From positions 1 through 64,000 of the IMG/VR virus record IMGVR_UViG_3300032240_001151: a stretch of 64,000 bases of DNA. One strand, written 5' to 3'. How positions within the stretch are numbered: position 1 is the first letter of the stretch; each line of letters opens with the position of its first letter. Both the position numbers and the translations under genes were made by a program. Positions 28,906 through 40,259 of this stretch are shown in pieces. The notes under the pieces are model-generated. The model was not told the DNA's origin. It did no database searches and saw nothing but the letters and a program-made list of their open reading frames with translations. The DNA comes from a virus.

Positions 28906-31900
28906 TGGTAACGTCTGTAAATAAGATAAATGTTAATTTTGATAAGTACGATACTATAGACTCGTCTCTTATAGCCTCAAGGGATTATATTAGACAGTTT
29001 GGTCTAAAAGAAGATTACGTAGAGTACCATGTTTATACTAAGAACGGTAGTTTATTATACTCAAATTATAACTATAAAGATTATAGAATACCAGGAACTT
29101 TACAAGGATCTACTAGTACATACACTGAAGAATTAGAGTTTTTTCCTGGAAATGTTGTAGAGAGTCTTGGATTTACATATGGCACTTATAATGTGCAGTT
29201 CAATGTTTATAGAAAGAAAATAGTAGATATTAATCAAAAGGTATTTTTTATAAAAGAAATATCTAATGATCGTAAAGAACTTAGAATATCTTCTAATGAT
29301 TTATCAAATCTTACTATAGAAGAAGGTGTTTTAAATTTTTTATATGAAATACAATCATCTTCTTATTTTAAAGACTTTCTTTTAAATTTTGGAGATAATA
29401 AAATAGTAAATGCTGTAAACATAGCATTAGATAAGAATACAGACCCTTATAGCATTTTAATAAAACTATACCAACCATTACCTACTGAGTTTGATATTAA
29501 GTCGTCTTTTTGGTTTGTTGAGGAGTTATCAGAGGCATCTGTTTTTGAAGTTAATCTAGCTCCACAACCAATACAAACAAATACACCTTTTTTAAAAGGG
29601 GCTAATTTTGATATTGAAGTTGATGAAAATTCTATAAAGCCTTCTGATTATGTAAACATAGACGATCTTTTATCAAACCAATCTCTAGGGGCTTATCAAG
29701 AATTACTAAACGCCCTTAATAAAAAGGGGATACAAATAAATGTAGACTATTCAGACTATAACAATTTTGTTCATTTCTCTTCTGCAAAAGAAAGGTTGTT
29801 AAATTTTAGATATAAAGTAGAGTTAATTGAATCCTATCAATCAGATATTGATGCAATAAAAACAACTAATAACTATAATACTTCTTTTAATTCTAGTGCA
29901 AGTATTACATCTTTACAAAATAAGATAGATAATCTTGTTACTAATTTTGATGGATATGAATCATATTTGTATTATACATCAGAGTCTGCTGCTTGGCCAA
30001 AATCAAATTCGGATAAGCCGTATACTTTGTATTCTTCAACTTCCACTGAGGTACAATACTGGTTAGGAAGCGATGATTATGATTCTGTTGTATACGGAGG
30101 GCAAATAAACTCAGCTTCTTTATATGATTTAGAAAATCAAGATAATCTATCTTATATTATACCTGAGTATATATCTGTAGATCCAGTAAATGATGGATAT
30201 ACTTTATTTTTAAATATGATAGGTCAGCATTTTGATAATGTGTGGATCTATATGAATAGCATTACTGATCTTTATAAAAACAATAATAGTTTAAATAAAG
30301 GTATATCAAAAGATATTGTATACTATGCTTTAAGATCTCTTGGTATAAAACTGTATAATTCCAAAAGTAGTGAAAACTTATTTCAATATTTAATAGGTAG
30401 TTCTGTATCGGGCAGTTATTCTCCTACAGGATCTGCGTTTGATACTTTAGTAACGGCCTCAGCATATACTATACCAGGTCAAGACATACAAAAAGAGACT
30501 TTAAAAAGAATATATCACAACTTACCCCTTCTTCTTAAATCAAAAGGCACTGCAAGAGGTGTAAGAGCTCTTATATCCTCTTTTGGCATACCAGATACCA
30601 TATTATCAGTTAATGAATTTGGAGGTGCAGATAAGCTTAATAACACTGTAGAGTACACTTACGATAGGTTTTCATATGCGTTAAGCATGTCAGGATCATA
30701 TGTTAAATCTTATTGGGGAGCTAAGTATGACTACCCTACAGCATCTGTGACTGATTACGTACCTAATACTATAGAATTTAGATTTAAACCGGATAAGAAT
30801 TATTACTACTACACATCTTCTTTATTTGACCTTACTTTAAACAATGGTGGAAATAGAACTATATATGCTAATGTGAGCCCTGATACTAGTATTGGGTACC
30901 CATATAGTTTAGTAAGTTTATATATTAGTGGGAGTTCTGGATTTGATAGGACATCTGTATCACTTCCTATATACATGACAGCATCATCTGGAGAGTCTTT
31001 GTGGTGGAATATAATGGTCAGGAGAAGAAATAATTATGATGTAACAGTAAATAATCAAGACCAATATTACGATCTATACGTAAAAAATAAAATAGGATTA
31101 AGGATAGGACACGAAGCCTCTGCAAGCATCTCTGCACCAGGATCTTCAAGGTCTTCTTACAACTATGGCTGGAATAGAGTATCACAATCTTTATACTTGG
31201 GAGGAACTGGTTCTAAGTTTGTAGGAGATATTCAAGAACTTAGGTACTGGACATTACCTTTATCTGAATCTGTTTTTGATTATCATACTTTAAATCCTGA
31301 ATCTATAAGAGGAAATTATAGCGGATCTTCATATAATGAACTGTCTGCAAGATTTCCATTAGGTAATGATTTGTATATTTACAATCATACCCTTACTGGA
31401 TCGGTGTATTCTGTACAGCCTAACTATAAAGAAAGATCTGTAATAGCTGGAGCAACTGTAAAATCAGCTAGCTTTGTAGGGTTTACTAACGAGATTAACT
31501 ATTCAACAAATGATGAAGAGTACGTTACAGATTCACCTAACATGGTGTACTCTAACCCAGTAAATCAAAAAATTAGAATTGTAGACAATGAAATAACAGG
31601 CAGTGTACTGTCTCCATTTATAAGATTAGAAGACGAGTCTAGTATATACACAACTAAGGATGTTCATTATATTGATGCATCATTCTCTCCACAGAATGAA
31701 CTAAATAAAGATATAATAGGACAGTATGGTAATTCAATAGATATAGATCAGTATATAGGTGACCCTAGAGATGATTATAAAAAAGAATATCCAGATCTTG
31801 TATCTTTTAATAAAGAATATTACGAAAAGTATTTTAAAAATTACAATTTAGCAGATTATATAAGACTAATAAAGTTCTTTGATAATTCTTTATTTAAGAT

Positions 31901-34325
31901 GATCAAAGATTACGTACCGGCAAGGTCGAGTGTACAAACTGGTCTTACAATAAAATCAACCATAATAGAAAGGCCAAAAGCTAAAAGAGCAGAAACTATT
32001 TTAACTGAGAACTATAATTCAAAAGAAGGGACTATAGTAACCGGAGAAGTTTCTGCCAATAGTATATACACTAGTAGTTATGGAGATGGAAGAGATTTTT
32101 ATACAGGACAACTATCAGGTTCCTTAATTGACATTAATAATATATTCGCAGAAAAAAATTATAATCCATATCTCTTATACACTTCAAGCATAGATCACAA
32201 TTTCTTTGATAGGAGTATTTTTAATACAACTATAAATAACGTATCAGCTAGTCAGGTATCAAAATTGTTTAAAAAAATAAATCCATATCAATTTGGAATG
32301 CTTGAGCCTGTAGAAATTTTAGATGAGAATTATACAGATCCAAGATACACTAGACCAAGATATGAAGGATCTAAAACAACTAGTTCAATTTATAATTTTT
32401 ATACTCCAGGAGATTCTTCTTATGGTAAAACAGCGGCAATAGACAAGAACTCAGAAAAATTTGCTTTTGCAAACAGCATTAACAAAAAGAATCTTAATTT
32501 TTATGATAAAACAACCGTCAATATAAAATATCTTATAGATGCTACAGGATCAATAACTGAGTTGTCTAGAAGAAACTACCATATATTTGAAGTACAAAAT
32601 ATTTACAAGAAAGGAGATCTTGTTAACGTATCTTTGATGGATAAGTTAAATCCAACAAATCAATCTTCTTTAGATGGAGATAAAGTAATATGGGAAGGTG
32701 GGTTTACCTATTCTCCTATCTTATTTAGAGAGATTAATGAAGATCTTACTTTTACATACATAGAACCTACAGAAACAACAGAAAAAAAACTGGGATTAAA
32801 AGCTATAAATACTAGTGGGTATACATTTCAAACTGTAGGAGACGCAGATGGGTCATTACCAGGAAATTTCACAACAACAAACACTGTGAATCCAAAAGTT
32901 ATTTTTAAAATAGATGGAATAGCGGATAATACAAAATCTTTTTCTCAAAAAAGAATTCAAAGTAATAACTGGCCTTATTTGAAAATGCCACTAACAGATT
33001 ATAATAAAGTAGCATATAAAGATTATACAAACCAAAATGTATATATAGCATACTCAAATCCATTTGAAGACGAAGCTTCTTATTACTCACTAGATTGGTT
33101 TATTCCTGGAGATACTACTGAAGCAGCTGGAGGTTACAGGACAGATGACTTTAGTGGGAAACTAACAGTGGTCCAGTCGGGCACCGAGTATTATTCATAC
33201 GTTACAGCCCCAAGAAACACTACCTATAAAGTAAACGTAGATCTGCCTATAAGAGCAAAGGCCAGAAATCCAGAAACTGCAGGTGAAAGAGCAGCTGAAA
33301 AAGGACCTTCTATAGTTAAAATAATAGGAGTTTTAGAAGTACAAAAATCAGGAACATCTACTTGGGAATATCTAGACAATACAAATGCTGCTAACCCAGT
33401 TCCTTATGGGTATACTAAGTTTACAGCTACTAATATTCCTATTGCAAACGGAGGATCTCCTAAATGGGATACTACTGTAGCGGCAGTTAATGAGGAGCTT
33501 AGTTTTATAAAATTTTCTGGAGATGCACAAGGAGGGACTTATAATGGTAAAACAATAAGTCCTTATTTTGAAGGAAGGTGTCAATTGTTCAATAAAGAGA
33601 TAGTCTTAAATCAGGGGGACAAATTAAGAGTTAGATTCTTTTTTGCAGAGGTAACAACATTTTTTAGAAGAAGTTCGGATATAAATTTTGAAATACAACC
33701 CGGAGATACGTCCAAAGCATTTTTTGAAGTATGGGATAAGATAACATCAAATACAACGCAAGTAACAACAACAACTATAGGCACAGACCCTCTCCACCCC
33801 ATAATAGGGCCATCCTCAGATAATAAAACAATAGTTTTTAATGATGAGGCATCTTTATTGTGGAATAAGGCAATATTCGAACCGCCAGACAGCACTAATC
33901 CATCTTCTATAAGTAACAGTTACAGCGCTATTGAGTATCCATTTTCTATAAAGGTATATGACGTAATAAGGTTTACTCAATTTAATGCAATAAAACCTGA
34001 TTATTATATAGTAATGGAGGTTATAGAACCTCAAATACAGACCATATCATCAGGAACTGTAACAACATATATAGTAACTAGACCTGCTTCTATAGTATTA
34101 GATAGGGCCTATAACCCAAATCAAATAACTGGGGCTAGCTTTGCAATTTTAAGAAAGGTAGAAGATGAGACTGTTATAATATTAGATTTTAAGAAGAAGG
34201 ACGGACTTCCTTCAAATGCCTTTATGATTCCTTATAACATTAAACCAGAGATTAAGAGAGAAATTGGAAATATAGTAGCTCCATTGAAAGATACTATCCT
34301 TTCTAAAGTTCTTATCATAGGATAA
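28905..34325 (+). CDS. large baseplate/tail structural protein (1806 aa)
   Basis: LLKSKGTARGVRALI tail-associated motif; LamG-like F.GDIQELRYW. Confidence 0.7.
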   Translation: MVTSVNKINVNFDKYDTIDSSLIASRDYIRQFGLKEDYVEYHVYTKNGSLLYSNYNYKDYRIPGTLQGSTSTYTEELEFFPGNVVESLGFTYGTYNVQFNVYRKKIVDINQKVFFIKEISNDRKELRISSNDLSNLTIEEGVLNFLYEIQSSSYFKDFLLNFGDNKIVNAVNIALDKNTDPYSILIKLYQPLPTEFDIKSSFWFVEELSEASVFEVNLAPQPIQTNTPFLKGANFDIEVDENSIKPSDYVNIDDLLSNQSLGAYQELLNALNKKGIQINVDYSDYNNFVHFSSAKERLLNFRYKVELIESYQSDIDAIKTTNNYNTSFNSSASITSLQNKIDNLVTNFDGYESYLYYTSESAAWPKSNSDKPYTLYSSTSTEVQYWLGSDDYDSVVYGGQINSASLYDLENQDNLSYIIPEYISVDPVNDGYTLFLNMIGQHFDNVWIYMNSITDLYKNNNSLNKGISKDIVYYALRSLGIKLYNSKSSENLFQYLIGSSVSGSYSPTGSAFDTLVTASAYTIPGQDIQKETLKRIYHNLPLLLKSKGTARGVRALISSFGIPDTILSVNEFGGADKLNNTVEYTYDRFSYALSMSGSYVKSYWGAKYDYPTASVTDYVPNTIEFRFKPDKNYYYYTSSLFDLTLNNGGNRTIYANVSPDTSIGYPYSLVSLYISGSSGFDRTSVSLPIYMTASSGESLWWNIMVRRRNNYDVTVNNQDQYYDLYVKNKIGLRIGHEASASISAPGSSRSSYNYGWNRVSQSLYLGGTGSKFVGDIQELRYWTLPLSESVFDYHTLNPESIRGNYSGSSYNELSARFPLGNDLYIYNHTLTGSVYSVQPNYKERSVIAGATVKSASFVGFTNEINYSTNDEEYVTDSPNMVYSNPVNQKIRIVDNEITGSVLSPFIRLEDESSIYTTKDVHYIDASFSPQNELNKDIIGQYGNSIDIDQYIGDPRDDYKKEYPDLVSFNKEYYEKYFKNYNLADYIRLIKFFDNSLFKMIKDYVPARSSVQTGLTIKSTIIERPKAKRAETILTENYNSKEGTIVTGEVSANSIYTSSYGDGRDFYTGQLSGSLIDINNIFAEKNYNPYLLYTSSIDHNFFDRSIFNTTINNVSASQVSKLFKKINPYQFGMLEPVEILDENYTDPRYTRPRYEGSKTTSSIYNFYTPGDSSYGKTAAIDKNSEKFAFANSINKKNLNFYDKTTVNIKYLIDATGSITELSRRNYHIFEVQNIYKKGDLVNVSLMDKLNPTNQSSLDGDKVIWEGGFTYSPILFREINEDLTFTYIEPTETTEKKLGLKAINTSGYTFQTVGDADGSLPGNFTTTNTVNPKVIFKIDGIADNTKSFSQKRIQSNNWPYLKMPLTDYNKVAYKDYTNQNVYIAYSNPFEDEASYYSLDWFIPGDTTEAAGGYRTDDFSGKLTVVQSGTEYYSYVTAPRNTTYKVNVDLPIRAKARNPETAGERAAEKGPSIVKIIGVLEVQKSGTSTWEYLDNTNAANPVPYGYTKFTATNIPIANGGSPKWDTTVAAVNEELSFIKFSGDAQGGTYNGKTISPYFEGRCQLFNKEIVLNQGDKLRVRFFFAEVTTFFRRSSDINFEIQPGDTSKAFFEVWDKITSNTTQVTTTTIGTDPLHPIIGPSSDNKTIVFNDEASLLWNKAIFEPPDSTNPSSISNSYSAIEYPFSIKVYDVIRFTQFNAIKPDYYIVMEVIEPQIQTISSGTVTTYIVTRPASIVLDRAYNPNQITGASFAILRKVEDETVIILDFKKKDGLPSNAFMIPYNIKPEIKREIGNIVAPLKDTILSKVLIIG

Positions 34326-34369
34326 CCTAAAATGATAATCCTTAATATTTATATATACAAATTACAAAA

Positions 34370-35029
34370 ATGGGATATTTAAACAATACTGTAGTAACTG
34401 TCGATGCAATTTTGACTAAAAAAGGCAGGGAACTCCTAGCCAGAAACGATGGATCTTTTAGAATTACACAATTTGCAATGGCTGATGACGAGATTGATTA
34501 TACACTATATAATACAACACACCCTTCAGGATCAGCTTTTTATGGTGAGGCTATAGAAAATATGCCACTTCTGGAAGCATTTCCAGATGAAAATCAAATT
34601 ATGAAGTATAAGTTGGTTACCCTACCTAGAGGTACCAGCAAACTCCCAGTTATCAATGTTGGATATGCTAGCATAGTTCTTAAACAAGCTGCTTCTATAG
34701 TAATAACTCCACAGACTTTGAACTATCTGGGAGCCACTTCTACATTTGAGCCTAGTGGCTATGTAGTTACTGTAGGCGATGCTAGATTGTTGTCTACCTT
34801 CACTGGTATCGGAATAGATACAACCAACCTTGGCATATCTGATCTAAGTACAACTACAGGTACTCAAATAAGTAAGACTGCCATAGGTACTTCTTTCACA
34901 TTGGTAGGAACCACAATAGATACCTTATTCGGAAGCACATTAACAAGTCTCAGCACAACTATAACAGTGGTTGGAAGGGATTCAGGTGCTAGAATTACCA
35001 TTCCATTAACTGTAAAAAAGAATAAATAA
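34370..35029 (+). CDS. virion structural protein
   Basis: VDAILTKKGRELLA...ITQFA.ADDEIDY; ATATTTAT at 34345. Confidence 0.7.
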   Translation: MGYLNNTVVTVDAILTKKGRELLARNDGSFRITQFAMADDEIDYTLYNTTHPSGSAFYGEAIENMPLLEAFPDENQIMKYKLVTLPRGTSKLPVINVGYASIVLKQAASIVITPQTLNYLGATSTFEPSGYVVTVGDARLLSTFTGIGIDTTNLGISDLSTTTGTQISKTAIGTSFTLVGTTIDTLFGSTLTSLSTTITVVGRDSGARITIPLTVKKNK

Positions 35030-36057
35030 TGTCATTCATAACATTTCAAGATGATGATAGTGTAATAAGTTCAGAAGCTATAACGGCTCCTCTTTGGACA
35101 TCTAACGTATATAATTTAACGGCATCCTTTACATCAAGTGTTCAACAAGGAGATAATACAGGAAAGTATTACTTAAATGTATACAATCTACTGTACGGTA
35201 GTGATGGATCCGAAGTACAATTTTCCTTAGCTTACGGACATATATCAGGTAGTGGATCAGCTGTGTTTAATAATCTAGTAGATGAAAAAACTCCTACTAG
35301 AGACATATACGGACAGTATAGAAATCTGGTGTATGGAGATGAAGGTAGTGTGTTTAATTTTGGAGGAAGTAATGGTATATCTAGAGATATATTTGTTGTA
35401 AACGTTAACAGATCTAGATATAAAGAAAAAATAAATACTGGCACTTGGAATCTTACTTTAAAAAATAATAGCAGTTACTTATACTTAACAGATAACAGTA
35501 AAGATACATCTGTAAATAGTTTTATAGGCGGAAACAGAGTGTACTATATTGTGAGTGGGTCAAATGGAAATAGCTATAACACATCATCTATACAGACTAA
35601 CAGTGGAAGCTATGGATACTTCTTCCCAGACATGGGAATATATGTTTTAAATCCAAGGGCGCTAGCTTTATCATATGCAGATGGTGGAATTGGGATGACT
35701 GTTGATGAAACCAATGCCAAATCATACACAGCTACTTATAATATAAATGCAGATAGATTGTTTAGAGTTATTAACTCTGGATTATCTTTCCAAGCAAAAA
35801 GTGAAGAGACTATATCCTCTAGATATTTCTTTGTAAATGCGAAAAGCTCTCAGTTAAACTATACAACAAACCCATCTATTATAGATGAAAATGGAAATGT
35901 ATTATACTCAATATTAATAGATAATCCACAGGTGTTCCCTACAACAATAGGACTGTATAATGATGCTAATGAGCTTTTGGCTGTTGCTAAACTAAGTAAA
36001 CCATTGCCAAAAGACTTCACCAAGCAGATAACATGTAGAGTCAAATTAGAATTTTAA
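35029..36057 (+). CDS. tail/baseplate structural protein
   Basis: C-terminal TTIGLYNDANELLAVAKLSKP (tail-collar-like). Confidence 0.7.
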   Translation: MSFITFQDDDSVISSEAITAPLWTSNVYNLTASFTSSVQQGDNTGKYYLNVYNLLYGSDGSEVQFSLAYGHISGSGSAVFNNLVDEKTPTRDIYGQYRNLVYGDEGSVFNFGGSNGISRDIFVVNVNRSRYKEKINTGTWNLTLKNNSSYLYLTDNSKDTSVNSFIGGNRVYYIVSGSNGNSYNTSSIQTNSGSYGYFFPDMGIYVLNPRALALSYADGGIGMTVDETNAKSYTATYNINADRLFRVINSGLSFQAKSEETISSRYFFVNAKSSQLNYTTNPSIIDENGNVLYSILIDNPQVFPTTIGLYNDANELLAVAKLSKPLPKDFTKQITCRVKLEF

Positions 36058-36074
36058 ATTCGAGATGACTACAT

Positions 36075-38942
36075 ATGTCGGCATACAAACGTTTATATAA
36101 GTCAGATATATCTAACATTCCATATTTAGCAAATAAAAATTGGAGTGTCAGCGCATGTGATTTGGAGTCTTATGGAATTAGAGTATACAATGGAGTAAAA
36201 ACCAGTAGTATATTTGATTCTATAAACGATGTAAAAACAAATAATGAGTATGATAGATTGGTTTATCAATCGGTAAATCATCTATATTATCAAGAATTTT
36301 CAGGATCATTTTTAGACGATTCCTCAAATATAGCATCTCTAAACTATGCTAGTGCTTCAATTTATAGACCTTCCGGAGCTTATTATGACTATACTCCACA
36401 AGGGTACATGATAAAATCCTTTCCAACAGGATCAAATGCCACTATAAAGGTATTATCCATATCTAAAGACGTATTTAGTAATTCTGTAAAACATTTATCC
36501 TTTAATATATCAACATCCTTTATGAATTTACAGGATGATGGAAAAGGAAATATTTATGATACTTCAGTTATTGATACATTAGTTGGAAATATATTTTATG
36601 AACACGGACTCGTAATAATAACTAACCCAGATTACCAAAACATATTTCTTTTACCACCGTTTGCAAAAGACGATTATGCATCTTTTTCATCTTCCACAAC
36701 TCCTAAATTAATAAGTCCTTTATTAAACGACAATACTAGAGGATGGACTGCACTAACAGGGTCAATAGAACTATCAGGATCGGACGTTTCTTATTTTACT
36801 AATAATGGAAATGGAACAGTAACACTAAATACAAGTGTAATAGGGACATATACTACACATTATAGATTTTCTACTAGCAGCTCTAGTAGTAATTGTATAC
36901 TTAAGTCAAATTATGCTAAAATAGAAAGCGTAGTTACTAAACCAATGTGTAATTTTATAGTGTATGCAATATATGTAGTACCAGCAACAGCTACTCCTAC
37001 GCCAATACCAGCAACACCTACACCATTACCAGCTACAGCCACACCAACACCTTTACCAGCTACTATAAAATGGTGGAACTATGAACTACCTACTCCATTT
37101 GTAGACAGTGATATTGAGATAAATGGTACTACATATGCTGGAGGATATGATTCTGGATCATTTACTGTCGCAGCTAACACCAGTATTTTAGCAAAACAAA
37201 ACTCTTCTACATCAACAGAAGTACTAGGAGGGTATACATTTATTGTAAGAAATATAACAGATAGTACGGTACTGTACAATGCTACAACTACAGCAATAGT
37301 TTCTAGTTATACAACTATGAACAATTATACGTTTACAGCGGTTGCAGGTAAGATATATGAAGTTTCTGCATCTACTTATAACTCTACTGGAGTATCTACA
37401 CCAACACCAACACCTACATCTACTTTAGCACCAGCTACAGCTACACCTACACCTACTAGAACACCAACACCTACACCTACTAGAACATCTACACCTACAC
37501 CTACCTCAGCACCAGCCACAGCTACACCAACACCTACACCTACCTCAGCACCAGCCACAGCTACACCTACTCCTACATCTACTTTAGCACCAACAGCAAC
37601 AGCAACTCCTGTACCAGCAACTGCTTGTTTCAGTGATTGGGTTGTTCAAGCAGGTAGTTATAGCAATGATTTAAGGATAACATCTACTGATATACAACTA
37701 CACCCAGTAGGAATGACCGGAACTAGCAACAGTCAAGACAGTACTGCAGATGGTTATATAACAGTAACTCCAGGATCTGAAAATATAAAAATATATTACG
37801 AAATATTTAACTATAATATTACAAACCAAACTGGATCAATGTCTACATTGACTCTCGTTGGACAACAAGGGCAAGGTACATATAGTATAACACCATTTAC
37901 AGTTAAGGGGTTAACACCTCCTAATAGTGGGTCATATATAACATTACCTCAAACAGGAAGTTATCATGCAACATTAGCAATTAGGTACCAATGGACAGGT
38001 ACTGGTGGTGTTGATTCAAATAGTAGAGGTAGGATATATATTGACAATGCTGGAATTTGCCCAACATCTACACCAACCCCTACACCATTACCAGCTACAG
38101 CCACTCCTACACCTACACCCATAGGAATAGCTTGCGGTGGTTCGACATTAACTGTGTCAACTAATGGGCTTGGAAGTTGCGCAACTCCTTCTATTCAGAC
38201 AATAGCAATGAATATGTCTGGCGCTTCTAATGGAGGTACAATTACTGTCCATTATGATGCTATTGATTATCCAAATAGATTTAATATATATGCTGATGGC
38301 TCATTAGTAACAACTAGTGGTTGGGTAGGTCAAAATGCAACTAACTGTACAGGACCTTGGAATACTTTTGGAACATCAGCAGGAAATTTAGTATTCACAT
38401 ACGATAACACAAAAACTTATACAGTTAAAGTTGAACTTGCAGCACGTAATAGTGTTACAAATGAAACTTATCAATTGTATATGACATGTGCATCAGCTCC
38501 AACATCAACACCAATACCAGCAACTTCAACTCCTGTACCAGCTACTGCTACTCCAACTAGAACTTCTACACCAACTCCAACTAGAACTTCAACTCCTGTA
38601 CCAGCTACTGCTACTCCAACTAGAACTTCTACACCAACTCCTATACCAGCTACTGCAACTCCTATACCAGCAACTGCTACACCTATACCAGCAACGGCTA
38701 CTCCTACACCAGTACCACAGAATAATTTTCAATATAGCGCTACGAGTTGTCTTACTGGAGGTAGTACTACATTAATAACAACAAGTGCATTATCTGTAGG
38801 AACTATATATAGATCAGCACCATCAGGGATTTCTAATTGTTACACAATAACCGCTTTTATAACAATGACCTCAACAACAGCAAATTTTGTAGGATACGGT
38901 ACTGTTTCTGACTGTTTTGACTCAAACTGTACTCAGTTGTAA
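36075..38942 (+). CDS. structural protein with four Pro/Thr(Ala) mucin-like tracts
   Basis: PATATPTP repeats separating beta-rich domains. Confidence 0.8.
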   Translation: MSAYKRLYKSDISNIPYLANKNWSVSACDLESYGIRVYNGVKTSSIFDSINDVKTNNEYDRLVYQSVNHLYYQEFSGSFLDDSSNIASLNYASASIYRPSGAYYDYTPQGYMIKSFPTGSNATIKVLSISKDVFSNSVKHLSFNISTSFMNLQDDGKGNIYDTSVIDTLVGNIFYEHGLVIITNPDYQNIFLLPPFAKDDYASFSSSTTPKLISPLLNDNTRGWTALTGSIELSGSDVSYFTNNGNGTVTLNTSVIGTYTTHYRFSTSSSSSNCILKSNYAKIESVVTKPMCNFIVYAIYVVPATATPTPIPATPTPLPATATPTPLPATIKWWNYELPTPFVDSDIEINGTTYAGGYDSGSFTVAANTSILAKQNSSTSTEVLGGYTFIVRNITDSTVLYNATTTAIVSSYTTMNNYTFTAVAGKIYEVSASTYNSTGVSTPTPTPTSTLAPATATPTPTRTPTPTPTRTSTPTPTSAPATATPTPTPTSAPATATPTPTSTLAPTATATPVPATACFSDWVVQAGSYSNDLRITSTDIQLHPVGMTGTSNSQDSTADGYITVTPGSENIKIYYEIFNYNITNQTGSMSTLTLVGQQGQGTYSITPFTVKGLTPPNSGSYITLPQTGSYHATLAIRYQWTGTGGVDSNSRGRIYIDNAGICPTSTPTPTPLPATATPTPTPIGIACGGSTLTVSTNGLGSCATPSIQTIAMNMSGASNGGTITVHYDAIDYPNRFNIYADGSLVTTSGWVGQNATNCTGPWNTFGTSAGNLVFTYDNTKTYTVKVELAARNSVTNETYQLYMTCASAPTSTPIPATSTPVPATATPTRTSTPTPTRTSTPVPATATPTRTSTPTPIPATATPIPATATPIPATATPTPVPQNNFQYSATSCLTGGSTTLITTSALSVGTIYRSAPSGISNCYTITAFITMTSTTANFVGYGTVSDCFDSNCTQL

Positions 38943-38974
38943 AATAAAGATATGTTAAAATAAATAAAAAATAT

Positions 38975-38982
38975 TATATTTG
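38975..38982 (+). promoter_or_regulatory. Bacteroidota -7 promoter element
   Basis: TATATTTG upstream of the glycosyltransferase operon. Confidence 0.55.
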
Positions 38983-39005
38983 CATATAATAATAAAAAAA
39001 GTGTT

Positions 39006-40259
39006 ATGGATAAAATATTTGTACAGATAGCTAGTTACAGAGATCCACAGCTAGTTCTCACAATAGATGACATGATGAGTAGGGCTAAACACCCTGAAAG
39101 GCTAACATTTGGTATATGTTGGCAATATGATGAAGAAGAAGATACTGAAATATTTGATGATAAACCAAATTTTCGTATAAAAAAATACCACTACACCGAA
39201 AGCGAAGGTTTAGGATGGGCTAGAAACGTTACTAATAGTCTATATGATGAGGAAAAATATACTTTACAAATAGATAGCCACCATAGATTTGTAGACGGAT
39301 GGGATGATATAATTATGGAAGATTATGCCCAGACTTTAGAAAAATCGGAAAAACCGATTATTACTACCTACTGTACCCCATTTGACCCAGAAGCTTGTAG
39401 ATGTTCTTATGAAAGACTCCCATCATTAATGTCTCAGTATGAGTTTTCAGCAGATAAATTACTTATGAGTATGCCTTGGTATATTCAGGATTATCAGGAA
39501 AGAACTAAGGTAATAAGAGCTAGAACTATCAGTGGACACTTTTACTTTGTAGATGGTAAGTTTATAGATGAAGTTAGATACGATCCTGACATTTATTTTG
39601 GTGGATACACAGAAGAAACAACTATGAGTGTTAGAGCGTTCACTCATGGGTATGATTTCTATAGCCCATACAGAATGGTAATGTGGCACGAATACACTAG
39701 AAATTACAGAAGAAAACATTGGGATGACCACGGATTAGAAAGCCAAACAAAAAAAACATCTGGGGAAAGAGATATATATGCTAGGAACAAGACTAGGCAA
39801 TTGTTTGGACAAGAAGAGCATGGCATAGATATGGGAATATATGGATTAGGAACGGTGAGGACTTTACACGACTATGAGGTATATGGAGGGTTTGATTTTA
39901 AAAATTGCAGAATACAAGACTATACTCTAAAGGTTAAAGAACCACCAAATCCAATAGATTGGGAAGAGCAGTTTAAAACTTATAAGTATGATGTTACAGT
40001 TGATTGGGATGTAGAATTTTTTAAGAAATTTGAATTTGAAAACCCTAAATTTTTAACACTAGGTATACAAACAAAATCTGGATTGGAATTATATAGGAAG
40101 GATTTTAAAATTGAAACAGAACCTGAGTATGTTAATCTAATAAATAATATGTACACAACTACTATAGATTCTCAAGATAAGCCTGATAAAATAGTAATGT
40201 ACTTATTTGATGAAAATAAACAGTGGAGTGAAAGGTACGAAAAAGATATAAATGTATGA
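39006..40259 (+). CDS. GT60-like (Skp1/polypeptide) alpha-GlcNAc transferase
   Basis: IFVQIASYRD...G.GWAR...LQIDSHHRF...GWD; YDP..YF.G..EE. Confidence 0.8.
   Translation: MDKIFVQIASYRDPQLVLTIDDMMSRAKHPERLTFGICWQYDEEEDTEIFDDKPNFRIKKYHYTESEGLGWARNVTNSLYDEEKYTLQIDSHHRFVDGWDDIIMEDYAQTLEKSEKPIITTYCTPFDPEACRCSYERLPSLMSQYEFSADKLLMSMPWYIQDYQERTKVIRARTISGHFYFVDGKFIDEVRYDPDIYFGGYTEETTMSVRAFTHGYDFYSPYRMVMWHEYTRNYRRKHWDDHGLESQTKKTSGERDIYARNKTRQLFGQEEHGIDMGIYGLGTVRTLHDYEVYGGFDFKNCRIQDYTLKVKEPPNPIDWEEQFKTYKYDVTVDWDVEFFKKFEFENPKFLTLGIQTKSGLELYRKDFKIETEPEYVNLINNMYTTTIDSQDKPDKIVMYLFDENKQWSERYEKDINV

Noticed and set aside
36980-38715. Tandem ACACCT/ACTCCA-type repeats as a CRISPR array or VNTR
   Set aside because: They are in-frame Pro/Thr codon repeats with no constant repeat and unique spacer pattern; no cas genes
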